Assembly: GCF_046119375.1 (NCBI RefSeq)
Contig: NW_027366436.1
Coordinates: forward strand, 1-64,000
Direction of reading: 5' to 3'
DNA length: 64,000 bases
Origin: Phyllobates terribilis
Lineage: Eukaryota
Position numbers and translations under genes: made by a program. The notes under the pieces were generated by a model. It searched no databases and was not told the origin of the DNA. It was given only the letters and a program-made list of their open reading frames with translations. Shown here in pieces: positions 23,421-35,949 of the stretch. The stretch's first letter is position 1. Each line of letters begins with the position of its first letter.

Positions 23421-25447
23421 ATGTCGGGGAGACCTAATCCGAGGAGGCTGAGGCCGTCGGCGGCGGCGGCGAAGCCAGCCATGTCCGTTCTCCCATACGA
23501 GACCCCAAAGCTTCGAGAACATTACCTGATCGGGAAGAAGCTAGGGCAAGGCCAGTTCGGAACGACGTACCTCTGCACGGAGAAATCCTCGGGGGTGCCG
23601 TACGCTTGCAAGTCGATTCCGAAAAGGAAGCTTCTGTGCAAGGAGGATTACGAGGACGTGTGGCGGGAGATTCAGATAATGCACCATTTGTCGGAGCACC
23701 CGAACGTGGTGAGGATCAAGGGGACTTACGAGGACTCGGTGTTCGTGCATTTGGTTATGGAGCTTTGCGCTGGCGGTGAATTGTTCGATCGAATTGTGGC
23801 GAAAGGACATTACAGCGAGCGGCAGGCGGCGATACTCATGAAGACGGTGGTTGATGTCGTGGAGGCTTGTCATTCGCTTGGAGTGATGCATAGGGATCTC
23901 AAGCCCGAGAATTTTTTGTTTGAAAATGGGGATGAACATGCTAAATTGAAGGCTACTGATTTTGGTTTGTCTGTTTTCTACAAGCCTGGTTGGTTTCTCC
24001 TCTTCTTCTATCTAGAGATGAGCTCTTGCTTATAGTTCTTGACTTTTGGGCTAATGGGATCATTCAAATCTAGAAATGGCAGGGCAGAGTGAGTGAATAA
24101 TGTGTTAACATGTTGGATTTTTGATATTTTTGGCAGGGCAGACTTTCAGTGATGTGGTTGGAAGTCCATATTACGTCGCTCCAGAGGTGTTGTGCAAACG
24201 ATACGGCCATGAATCTGATGTCTGGGAGCGCCGGAATTATTCTTTACATCTTACTGAGCGGCGTTCCGCCATTTTGGGCAGGTAAAAGCTACAACACATT
24301 CTCCAAATCATACACTGTTTACCATAAACTGATTTGCTCAGTTATGTTCCTATAGAAACCGATTCAGGGATCTTCCGACAGATCTTGCATGGAAAGTTAG
24401 ACTTTGATTCTGAGCCGTGGCCTAGTATTTCAGATAGCGCCAAGGACTTAATACGCAGAATGCTCGATAGAGATCCAAGAACACGTTTTACTGCTCATCA
24501 AGTTCTCTGTGAGCTCAGTTGTTGATAAGCTTCTTCTCTTCCGATATTTTATCTAAAGACAGAATTTTTCTACTGTTGTACAGGTCATCCATGGATTGTG
24601 GATGACACGGTTGCCCAGACAAACCTCTCGCTTCCGCTGTTTATCACGCTTGAAGCAATTCTCAGCGATGAACAAGCTTAAGAAGATGGCGCTGCGGGTA
24701 CGTTTGTTTATCTCTTAGTTACAAACCCGAAATTAAGTGATAGATTGTGTTGAATGCGACATAGGTTATAGCGGAGAGGCTCTCAGAGGGAAGAAATCGG
24801 CGGTCTCAAGGAGTTGTTTAAGATGATTGATACCGACGGGAGTGGGACAATAACGCTGGAAGAACTCAAAGTAGGTTTGAAAAGGGTCGGATCTGATCTC
24901 GGAGAGACCGAGATCAAGTCTCTCATGGATGCGGTAACATGAATCTTCTACTCAATCGTTGTTAAAATCTATGGCTAAATAGTTACAAACAATCCTTCTC
25001 TTGTTTACGTAACCAGGCGGACATTGACCACAACGGTACCATCGACTATGGCGAGTTTTTGCAGCAACCTTGCACATGAACAAGATTGAGAGGGACGAGA
25101 ACTTAGTTGCGGCGTTTTCTTACTTCGACAAAGACGGGAGTGGGTACATAACGGTTGATGAGCTTCAACAGTCGTGCAGAGAATTTGGTCTAGAGGAGGC
25201 TCATCTTGAAGAGATAGTCAGAGAAATTGACGAGGACAATGTGGGTTTAATGACTCTCATTTGATTATGTGGAAAATGACTAATTTGCCCTTTTGAACAG
25301 GATGGACGGATAGACTATGGTGAGTTTGCTGCGATGATGAGGAAGGGCAATTTGGGAACGGGAGGAAGAACTCTGAGAGCTAGCCTTCAGTTCAACCTCG
25401 CGAGTGTATTAGGTGTCGGCCATTCGCGAAATTCTTCTGCACCCTAA
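23421..25447 (+). CDS. CPK4: Calcium-dependent protein kinase, CPK4/CPK11-like (~506 aa when corrected); exons 23421-23988, 24137-24281, 24356-24508, 24584-24697, 24765-24933, 25017-25240, 25301-25447; five 1-bp homopolymer indels as written
   Basis: [38 protein letters not shown], junction [16 protein letters not shown] and four EF-hands ([34 protein letters not shown]). All introns GT-AG. Confidence 0.93.
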
Positions 25448-25985
25448 CTCCTCTTGGCGTTATACATTTCTTCTTCTTCTTCTTCTTTTCATTTTTTGTG
25501 TTTATTTGAGAGGAATGTGTTCTTGGAAGCGTTAGAGTTGACTAATATAGACGTTAGTAAGGATAAAGATGTGTGTATTTGATTTTAGTATGCCACAGTC
25601 ACAGTTGAAGATAAAGAGCTAATCAAGTTATTTTGTTGTATATATTTCCTTTAAAAAAAAATTTGTAATTATTCTCTAAAAATGTTTCTATTTCACATTA
25701 ATATATAGTTAATTTTTATCACCAATTTTATTTGAATTATAATTTCTAAAATTCAATAATATCCTTATATAAATAATAAAATTATTCACTTTTTACCTCT
25801 TATCTATCCTTATTTAATTAACTCATAAAAATATACAATTATTTTAACCCTTTTTTCCTCTACATTTATTACTCTCTCATTTATCTTTTCTTAGCAGACA
25901 AATTGACATCTTTATTAACCCGAATCAAATGATAATAAAGTGTTCAATAATGGGAAGAAAAAACAATTAAAACATTCAACAAGAG

Positions 25986-26340
25986 CTACACTTCGTTTTT
26001 TACTTGCAATAAAATGAGTTGCCTGACTCCCATCTCTACCTGCATGACTCTACCTACACGATATGAACTTATCCTCATATCCAACAACTTACCCAGCAAC
26101 CAGCCCAGGAATCCACTCCATTTGCACCTCCTCTTAAGCTTTGCAATGAGGGTCAAACAATCTGATTCGATAATGATAGATGTCAAGCCATTCAGGTGAG
26201 CCATCTCCATCACCTAAAGTGCCGTCTCAGCCTCAATACACTCCATCTCCTTTGAAAAATCCGTCGTTTGCGCTCCAATTAGGACAGCCCCGGAATGGTC
26301 CTTAATCACGAACCCGATCCCACAACCCCTACCTGGATAC
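25986..26340 (-). mobile_element. LINE RNase H (RVT_3-like) fragment
   Basis: GCGIGFVIKDHSGAVLIGA...IEAETAL...IIIESDCLTLI. Confidence 0.7.
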
Positions 26341-27048
26341 TGCAACTAATCACTCTCCCCTATTTTTATTTTCTCTCCCAATTATCAAAGTACCAATATT
26401 ACTTCATTGTACTTATCTTTCCTTATTATTTGAGTTTTTGCTCAAACTAAAAGATGTAGTATACTTGCTAAGTAGCTATGTACTAGTTCTTCCTATTGGA
26501 CATGGTCAAGTTCACTCGATCCATTAGAGATATTGGGCCGAGTAAAACAGCCCATTGGACTTAGTCATTGGGTTGAGTAAGCAGTTGAATTACAGTTTCC
26601 GGTGAAGTTTGGTCAGAAATAATCAAACCAACCAGCCAGCGCCTGCTGTCAAATTCACCTGTTTGCTTTCCCCATAGAGAGAGAGAGCATTCGCCGATCA
26701 ACCCCGCTTTCTCTCTCCTCTTTTACTCGCCTAGATCACTCCCTTCTACCCTCTCTCACGCGTCAATCGGAGATCCACCACTCTGAGTCGACTCTAACCA
26801 CCACCGACCTTAATCTCACCTGCAATCATAGAGTGAAATCACGGTTCACGAGGTTTATTGAATCCACCACGATCTCTCTCAGAAGCTCAAATCCGTGATT
26901 TTTTCCATAAAGCAAACGCTATCTGATTCGTATCCAGTCTATATCTGTCTTTAATTGGTTCGCCATTGTTGCCCTGCGCATTGGAATAGAGGGTATGAGG
27001 AGTGGAGAGGGGGTATTGATGTGGCTGTGTTGATTGAGCAATGCGCGG

Positions 27049-30000
27049 ATGGCTCAGTACAGGCAATCAGGCTTCCATTACGGTAACGGATCCTCCGCCA
27101 TTGGCTCCGACCACGTGGCTATTGGTATCCGAGCTGGACAGCACAACCACAAGCAGCCTCGCCACCGTCGGTTAGCGCACAAGGGAGCTGCCGTTTGTAA
27201 GATCTCGATCGGCGCTGTCGTCGTAGTTGCTCTATTTCTCGTCCTCGCTCTCACTGCGCTTGCCTATACTTACGTCTCCAGAGAGAAAGGTCACTTCAAA
27301 TATCTACTCTTCTTACTTAAAGGATCTGGGTTTAGCTGATTATTGTTACGGGATAGTGTTTTCCTCCTATCTCGATCACGGTTATTTCTAGTTGAATAGG
27401 GGGACCGGATCTTATGCTTGAAATTTAGGTAGGTAGGATTTATCTGGTCGAGCTTGAAAAGATTCAATTGATGCAATTTTGTAGCTTTTGCTACTAACTG
27501 TTTGACAAATCAGGACAGGACATTGCATAAGCTACTGCTTCTGAGTTTGAGTGTTTCTATCTTATTAAGTCTATACCTCTTATAGCAATAATCCCATATT
27601 TTTCTTTTGACGTTTTGCACCTAATAGTTCCCAATACTATTTCTTCAAACAGGCTGGCTCTATTATACCTTTCGTTTAATTTTGTCTATCCCTTAGTTTG
27701 ATTTTGTGAAGCTTCTGATTGTTTCGAGTTGCTGCAGATATCAACACTGAAAGCATCATCCAAGATGATGACTTCAAAAACGATTTTCTCACCAATGTCT
27801 CACGGATAAATACATCCAAAGTGAAGTTTGGCCATGGTTCAGTAACTCATGGTCGTGATTCAAGATATTGGGATGGGGATGATCGCAGGAGGGATGACGA
27901 TTACAATGAAGAGGTAATGGACAAGAATAATAAGGATGAAGCTGCAGATGCTCGTCGTGGAGTAAAAGGGAAGAATGATATCAAGAAGTCACATAGTGGT
28001 AAGATTAAAGGTACTGATCATCATGGGTTTTACAATGAAGCTGGTCGTGATGAACTAAAGATGTATGAGGAAAAATATGAAGCTTCCTTAAAGAATGTAG
28101 GCCAAACAGGTGAGGAAAAAGAGGCTAATAATAGGGTTCATGATGATGGGCACTTGGATAACCAAAATGAGGAAATTGATGTGGATGATGAATATGATGA
28201 TGGGATTGATTCACATGATGCTCGGATTGAAGAGGATGAAAATGGTAGACATGATGAGGTTGAGAATGATCTACAAGATTCACACTATGAAGAAGACAGA
28301 GATTCTTCGCATGATGCTAAGAAAACTCGGAGTATGATTGAAGAGGAAGATGGAGCCTCTAACGAATCAATTGAGGATAAATCCAAAAGCTTAAATATCC
28401 TCCATAACGACTTTGGTAAATCTAAACATGGTCATGATGGTGAACATGGAGCAACAACAAAAAAATCTGCTCATCCTACATCCGGAAGAAAAAGAAAGCA
28501 TCGCTCCTGTATGTTTCTCTTTCCTTTCCTGTTTTCATTATTATGGTGGTACTAGTCATGTAAATTAGCTATATATAATTTTTCTCATTGCTTCTGTATG
28601 TAAATGGAAATGAATAAAAAGCACCAGTTTTGGTTTGTAATTTTTTTCCTGGCATTAAAAAGACGCAAAAAGGCTAATATATTTTTGTCAATTGTTAAAG
28701 ATGCAGCTAATTTTTCTCAAAAGTAGATTTGTGATAAATTCATGAGTCATTAGTACCCTGATTTGGACCTTCCTAAGTGATTTTGTTAGGATCTCTAGCA
28801 AGAAAATCTGTATAGTTCTGTTGATAAGAACTATATAGTATCAATGTTTGAACTCTAAAGTTTGCAAGCTACATCATGTATTACAGTATGTAGGTGAATA
28901 GTAGAATGTCTCTTTTTATTTTTAATTGATACTCATTTCCTTAAATTTGTGCAGCTTCAAGTTGTGAACTGAAGTTCTTGAACACTAGTGCACAGCTTGT
29001 GGAACCTTTAGAAAATAGAAAATTTTCAAGATTTTCCTTGCAATATACGGGAACCGAGAAAAAGCCTGATGGATTAAGTGAATGGGAGCCAAAATTTGCT
29101 GGGCATCAGACATTGGGAGAACGCGAAAATTCATTCATGGCTCGTGATCAGAAAATCAATTGTGGGTTCGTTAAGGGTCCGCCCGGATCCCCAAGTACTG
29201 GATTTGATTTGGCTGAAGATGATTCGAGATATATCAGTAAATGTCATATTGCTGTTGTTTCCTGCATCTTTGGAAATTCAGACCGGCTCAGATCACCTGC
29301 TAGTAAAATGGTATGCTGGTCTTAAGATTATGATCAAGTAAAAACATATCTTACGATGTGAAATGCGAACAGACTTTAACTGTGAACCCAATGTACTAAT
29401 ATTCACCGTGGTTGAAAACCGCTGCAATAATTCTAGTACAATAGTTTAGGTTCATATATAAGATAGTAAAGTCCACAGTTAAAGTCTGTTCGTATTTCAC
29501 CCCATAAGGTATGTTTTTACAGGAAATTTCTAGTTGGTCTTATCACATATATATAATAACTTATTTCTTCCCACTTTCTGGGAGAAGGCAATTTGGCTCA
29601 TATTTATCTTTTCTTTTTCAGGTCAGTCGTTTATCAAAGAAAAATGTTTGCTTTGTGATGTTTGTGGATGAAACAACTATGCAAACCCTTTCTTCAGAAG
29701 GTCATATGCCTGAGATGGGTTTTATAGGCCTTTGGAAGATCGTGGTGGTGAAAAATCTCCCGTATGATGATATGCGCAGAGTGGGTAAAATACCAAAGCT
29801 TTTGCCACATCGACTCTTCCCCTCAGCAAGGTAATCTAATAATTTATCTAAATCCATGCCTTTTCTTTTATATGTTCTCATACAGTAGTCAAACTAAAGA
29901 ACCTTGTCAACATCATAAGTTTTCTCATTGTTGAAATTTCTCATAGAGTAGCACTTAAGTTAAGGATTAGGGTCAAGTAAAAACATATTTTACGGTGTGA

Positions 30001-31878
30001 AATATGAACAGACTTTAACTGTAGACATTACTATCTTACATGTGAACCCAATGTACCAATATGTGAACGTAGAATGATCAATGTGGTTAAAAACCGCTGC
30101 AATAATCTTAGTACAACAGTTTAGGTTCACAAATAAGATAGTGAAATTTCACACCGTTCGTAAGGTATGTTTTTACCGGAAACTTTCTCCTTAAGTTAAA
30201 TATCATCTTTCACTACCAGAAGTCAAGGTGTGAACAGAAGAAAGAAAGAGTCAACTCATTTTCATTTAACTGCATAATCATTCTTCTGGTATCTATTAGA
30301 TATTCGATTTTTGTGCCAATTCCTTCATGCTACCCCTTGTTACAACTTACCTCTCAATTCCCTTGCTAGCAAGAATGAGTTGAATGGTTCGATTGATTGC
30401 CTTTTCTGTATTTAAAACTTCGAAATTACTCGTTTGCATTGGCTAAATTATAAACCATACCATTTTCTAGGTACTCAATTTGGCTGGACAGCAAGTTGCG
30501 CCTTCAAAGCGACCCTCTTCTGATCTTAGAGTATTTTCTATGGAGAAAAGGTCACGAATATGCGATTTCAAATCACTATGACCGCCATTGTGTGTGGGAA
30601 GAGGTTGCACAAAACAAGAAGCTTAATAAATACAACCATACAATTATAGATCAACAGTTTGCTTTCTACCAGGCTGACGGATTGAAAAGATTTAATGCCT
30701 CAGATCCGCAAAAGTTGCTTCCCAGCAGTGAGTACTTGAATCTCTCATGTTTTTTGAAACCCTTGTTAATGTAAGTATTTAATTAATCCCTTTAATCTTG
30801 ACAGATGTACCTGAAGGCTCGTTCATCATAAGGGCGCATACACCGATGTCAAACTTGTTTTCATGTCTCTGGTTCAATGAGGTGGATCGTTTTACTCCTA
30901 GAGATCAGTTAAGTTTTGCTTATACATACCAGAAATTGAAAAAGAAGAATCCAACCAAGCCTTTCTACATCCACATGTTCAAGGTCAGAATTTCCTTATT
31001 CCTGTTAATATAATGATGTAGAACACCAGGAAAGTAGTAGGAACACTGACAAATTCTTTTCAATTCATAATATTAATCTGATTACTAATTGAATTTGTAA
31101 GACCTTAAATATTGATCAAGGACTCGTAGAAGAATTGTTGGCCATCAGACTCGGATCAAACTCGGTTAGACTCGTAGACTTGGATCATACTCAGAAGTGT
31201 CTACTAAATCGTCCAATTTTGGCCCATTTTTTTATATTTTTTTAATGAAGCCCGATTGTTTTCTTTGATTTTGGAGTCCATATTTGGGTTAAAAGCCCAA
31301 TTCTAGGAAAAATCATAGTTAGTTCATTAAAAAGCTAGACAAAATTGAAAGAATTACTATAATAGCTTATTTAGTAATTAAGCATTAAGTTGTCTTAACA
31401 TAATTAAGCTAGAAGAATTATAAATTTCACAAATTAATTCCTTTAGGTTTTTATTGTATTTTTTTATATCTTATATTTATATGTTTTGTACTTATATTCT
31501 ATATTTATTACACTCTTAATTAATTATTTATTATTTTAATATTTTAGTAGATTCTTACGAGTCAGCGAGTCGAGTTAGCGAAACCCCTCCGAGTTAACAG
31601 TAGACTCTCGAGTTTAATAACCTTGTAACTAACTCTTAGCACCAACTCTGGAATTAATAGAAATACTTAACATGATTTGCTAATACCGACTCTTCACATA
31701 AATTACTGAATAAAGATAGAGAAAAGTAGATAACTATTATATCCAGTTCATAATACAAAATGCAGACGTTTTTACTGGCAATTTATCTTGACAGGATTGT
31801 GAAAGGCGAAAAATGGCGAAGTTATTTCATCATAGATCAGAAGAGAGACATGTGAGTTCCCAAGACGCAACAGAGTAA
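27049..31878 (+). CDS. EMB2756: DUF616 (MUCI70/TOD1-family putative glycosyltransferase), EMB2756/At4g09630-like, 698 aa; exons 27049-27289, 27738-28508, 28955-29310, 29622-29830, 30471-30727, 30805-30983, 31795-31878
   Basis: The spliced exons give an open 2097-nt frame with an N-terminal TM segment, a long acidic stem, CGFVKGP, SCIFGNSD, GKIPKLLPHRLFPSARYSIWLDSK, VPEGSFIIRAH and FTPRDQLSFAY. Family assignment is from recall. Confidence 0.92.
29338..29520. mobile_element. Foldback/MITE-like element, copy 1 (DUF616 intron 3)
   Basis: TIR GTAAAAACATATCTTA / TAAGGTATGTTTTTAC plus an internal inverted pair GTGAAATGCGAACAGACTTTAACTGTG / CACAGTTAAAGTCTGTTCGTATTTCAC. Confidence 0.8.
29977..30176. 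mobile_element. Foldback/MITE-like element, copy 2 (DUF616 intron 4)
   Basis: Same termini and shared core (TGTGAACCCAATGTAC, AACCGCTGCAATAAT) as 29338-29520. Confidence 0.8.
31117..31625. mobile_element. hAT-like MITE in the last DUF616 intron
   Basis: Subterminal ACTCG/CGAGT arrays in opposite orientation at the two ends; right end CGAGTTTAATAACCTTG. Left end degenerate, no clear TSD. Confidence 0.55.
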
Positions 31879-32465
31879 AATGAGTAGTTCAAGGTGTTGT
31901 ATGCATTGCACTGCACATACATTATACCCCGGTTGGTGTATTTGTCCTTCGATTCAGAGCAGAAAAACACACACTGTATACGTCCAACTCCAACTCCCTG
32001 AACAGTATTGACATGGAACTTACACTGAAACACCACACTACAACCACCACCGGGTTAAGATATTCATTACCTATTTTAATCTCTTCTCACCTTCCTATTC
32101 ATTTCATTTGTTCTATAACCAGGAAGAATGATCGTCCATACAGTTCTACTTCTCTGAACAACGATGACTGCTGCTGCATTTTATGTATTTTTTAACAGTA
32201 AATGTTAGCTCATTTTGTTGCCTCAAACCTTCTCATAAACTGTTTGTACTATAATTTTGGTAGTTTGATTCGATCTCATTTTGGTTCGACAATAAGCATC
32301 ATTGTAATTGCTAGCAACCTTAAAATGTGGTCTGAGATTCACCCACATGAAAATCATCATAAAAACAACACAAAATTAAGCAACCCACATTTGATCAACT
32401 TATAGAAAAAAACAAGACTGATATAAAACATCCAACAAGCTCATAGTCTGGTGGTAAGGTTGTGA

Positions 32466-32509
32466 GTGATACGCCATATGAATCATGGTGATACGCCATA
32501 TGAATCATG
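32466..32509. repeat. Perfect 22-bp tandem duplication
   Basis: GTGATACGCCATATGAATCATG x2. Confidence 0.95.
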
Positions 32510-32549
32510 GAAATTGCAAGTAAAAAGTTTTTTTTAACCTCAATATGAA

Positions 32550-32966
32550 TCACCAAGATCTCTTCTTTACAGATTGATGTTGAAGCAAAAACAATCTCTT
32601 GAGAGCCTTTGCAAGCACCACCATGTTAAGCTTCTTGTTTTTGCCCATCAACACCTTACCACCACCATCACCACCACCACCACGGGCGCCGCCAGTAACA
32701 GCTTTGGCTCGGTTTCTGAACATTTCTTCGTTAAAACTCTCCCACAACAAGTCCATTGAGTCGTGTCCTTCGGTTGAGTGAATGTAGGAAGAATGAACTT
32801 CTTCTCTTTGTTCTTCTTCTTCTTCTTCATCATTTGAAGATGATGAAGAGGTTGATGAAGCTTGTGTGGGACCCACATGGTGGCGCCACAAGGGAGGAGA
32901 GCCAATGGAGGCTCCGGTTGAACTGATCAAGACCGGAAACTCGAAATCCTCTATGGTGGTGACCAT
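32550..32966 (-). CDS. Intronless plant-specific uncharacterised protein, 138 aa
   Basis: Intact ORF with DFEFP, SPPLW, a poly-E tract, MDLLWESFNEE and KALKRLF, a motif pattern I recall from a family of small plant proteins of unknown function. Confidence 0.8.
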   Translation of the reverse strand: MVTTIEDFEFPVLISSTGASIGSPPLWRHHVGPTQASSTSSSSSNDEEEEEEQREEVHSSYIHSTEGHDSMDLLWESFNEEMFRNRAKAVTGGARGGGGDGGGKVLMGKNKKLNMVVLAKALKRLFLLQHQSVKKRSW

Positions 32967-33589
32967 TGAGGGTTGTAAAGGAGAGGTTTTTGGAGTGATT
33001 TAAGATGTGGGTTTGGTGGTTTAACTCATCATTTGCGTATACGTTGGTGTTTGGAAAATATGGGTTTCATTTCTTGTGGTGTTTGACAAGTTTTGGTTCA
33101 ACTACTACAATTCTTGAAAATTCTTATAATATGAATTGGCATTGAGGGGGTTCAATCACACAATTAACATTGACTTTGTGAAAGACTAATTAATGTTTCT
33201 GACTTGTGTGTCCAGTATATAGATATGCTTCATCGCCTCTGATTACGTGATGCAGTGGACACGTTTGAGTTTACAATCTCCCCTATTCCTCCAATTATCA
33301 CCTCTAATAGTGTTATAATCCACCGGCGGATTGATAAGAGCCAAATCAAAAAATTGAGCAAATGACATATCTTTGAGCCTTTATATACAATTACCATTCT
33401 TTTTTTAATAAGTCATTAAAAAATCTATCACGGAAAGATCTAGTTCATCGCGCCTGATGATCTCGACAAAATTATAAAGACTTTCCACCAAGATCAATAG
33501 TATCTTAAATTAGAGTCTATCAAATAGAAAGTTGATCCCTTACTCCTCTCTTCACAGTCAAATTTGCAATCCTACCAAAACATTTGCTC

Positions 33590-35110
33590 GACAAGTGCTC
33601 TTTGCAATAAAGTCTAACCCCCCATTCACCTCTCTGTAAACATGTATGAACACACGACACTGAAACAAAGCTTCAAATTGATAAATTTCATAAATAATAT
33701 TGCTAATCTCCCATGGAATTTCCAACAATTATTAAGAGAATTAATAAGAGTTACGTATTTTTCATGAGCAAGCCGAATCCTCAATCCTCCTTCAAAACTG
33801 ATGAATCTCATAAATAATATTAGCTTCATCTGGAGAGATTTATTATTTTCATGAGCAAGTTGAATCCCCAATCCTTCTTCATTTTTCGGTTTACATATTT
33901 TTTTCTCAGGTAGTAACTGGATGGAAATTGTAATTAAAATTATTCCAAAAGAATATCTTGTTAGTATCATCCAGTTGTTTACAGACTTCGGACGGAAAAA
34001 GAAAGCATTGCATTAAATAGTTAGCTTTTGATGTTAGGTTAGATTGGATCAGAAGTTTCTGCCAGCTTGAGAGATGGAAGAAGCCCTTCATTTTGACGAT
34101 TGTTTCTTTGTATCATTAGTAAAATCATCAAAGACTTTATTTTGAATACAACCGTTAGCTAGAGGAATACCTAAATATTTTTCTAGTTTACCTGTAATTT
34201 GCACTTGAAAGATACTGGCAAGTTATGAGCTTGCAGGCTTGAGACATTGAATGAAGTATGAAGTGAACTTTTTTATAATTAATGTTAAGTCCACTCTAGT
34301 GAGAAAACTTCTGTAAAAAGTCTTTTATAAATTATGTATTTTTTAAAGAAGCATTTGTAAAAATCATAGTGTTGTCTGCAAATCTTAGAAGAAGAATTGA
34401 CGTTCCATTTGTTGTTAGTTTTATTCCATCTGGAACCTCATCTTGCTGAGAGAATTGTTGTAATGATCGAGAAAGAAACTTCATTGGATTATAAAGAGGA
34501 AAGGTGGTATCGGATCACTTGATGGCACACGAAGGTTGGAATTCTCTACAAGGTTGATTGTTAACCAACACTTAAACTTTAACAATTTCAATACAATTTC
34601 TAATTAAAGTGATCCATTTATCAGACAATCCAATATTTTGAAGACTTTGTACATAAAATCTCAATCAATTTTATCGTAAACCCTGTTCCATATCTATTTT
34701 AAGAGCCATCCATTTATCCTTCTGCTTACGTCTCTTAGTAATATGGAAGGAGTGAAAATCTCATGGGATGTAAAAAAATTATCTTGAATCAACTGCTTTC
34801 CACAAAGGCTCCTTGAAGATTTCCAATCAGCTTTGGTAAGACTTTCTTTAGTCTATTAACCAAAACTTTTGAGAGAGTTTTATAGGATGAATTACATAGT
34901 CTTATTGGTCTAAAATTATTGATGTTAATTGGATTGTCCACTTTCGGGATTAGGACAACACAAGAGTGGTTCCAAGCTATGAGGATATTTTTAGAGTGAA
35001 AGAAAGATTTGACGCTTCAAAAAGCCTATTCTTAATGATATGCCAGTATTCCTGATAAAAACCTATAAAAAACGATCTGGCATATCATTAATTTCTGATA
35101 AAATTAATGA
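33590..35110 (-). mobile_element. Heavily degenerate LINE RT fragment
   Basis: Minus-strand remnants LLLRFADNTMIF, EKYLGIPL and ICKPKNEEGLGI. Confidence 0.75.
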
Positions 35111-35175
35111 TATGCCAGTATACAATTACTATTGTTGTCTCCATCTATTCGGTTGGTAAAAAATACTCTTACATG

Positions 35176-35735
35176 TAGGGCTGAGCATTGGATTAAAATC
35201 AAACCGAATCCAAGAACTGAACCGGAAACCGAAAATGAAAAAGGTACTGAATTCCGATCCAAACTATATTTGTTTGGTTTACTTTGAAATTGAAATGATC
35301 CAAAATCTACGCGATTAACCTCAAACAATGTTGTATAATTCTTATTTAACATATAAATAGCTCAAACGTTCCAAAAGCATTTCATGACACTTAAGTTATC
35401 AAATATCAACCATTAAGCTCGACAAGCAACAATTATAGTTTGACTCTTATAAATTATAATAATTTCACTAACATACCCAAATATTAAAATAGCAAGAACA
35501 ATATCAATCGTTCATAAAACTACAATATTCTTTTCATCATTCTAACACTAATGGAACCAAGTTCATTTTTACATAGCATAACAAATCAAAGTCATTCTAT
35601 TTTTACTTTCAAATTCGAACAAAACCGAACAAAAATGAAATATTGAAATATGTGGACCGAAAACCAATCCAAATTATTTGGTTTTGATTTGGTTCGGATA
35701 AAAAGTTAGTTTTATCCGAAACGTGCTCAATCCTA
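35176..35735. mobile_element. hAT MITE
   Basis: Termini TAGGGCTGAGCA / TGCTCAATCCTA, 8-bp TSD CTTACATG/CTTACATC, AACCGA subterminal repeats. Confidence 0.85.
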
Positions 35736-35949
35736 CTTACATCCTATGACATAGTTAATAGAATTTAATTCTAAATGCTCATGTATATTTTTTAGTACAT
35801 ATTTGGGGGGAAAAGGCTTCAAATCCTACTTCTTAAGTAGTTTTTTTTATTCTACCTCAAACCTCAACATTTTACCCCTCAATGTGTTCTACCCTCGAGT
35901 CTTCATATCTTCTTCTACGTGTGTTCTTCAAGAACAAATGTATTATAAC

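Noticed and set aside
23541-23939. 132-aa antisense ORF in CDPK exon 1
   Set aside because: It is a shadow ORF of GC-rich coding sequence with no independent features.
24224-25060. Programmed frameshifting or editing in the CDPK
   Set aside because: Five mixed +1/-1 events in short homopolymers have no slippery-site or structural signal. Error or decay is far simpler.
27738-28508. Acidic low-complexity exon as a separate gene
   Set aside because: It splices in frame as the stem region of the DUF616 protein.
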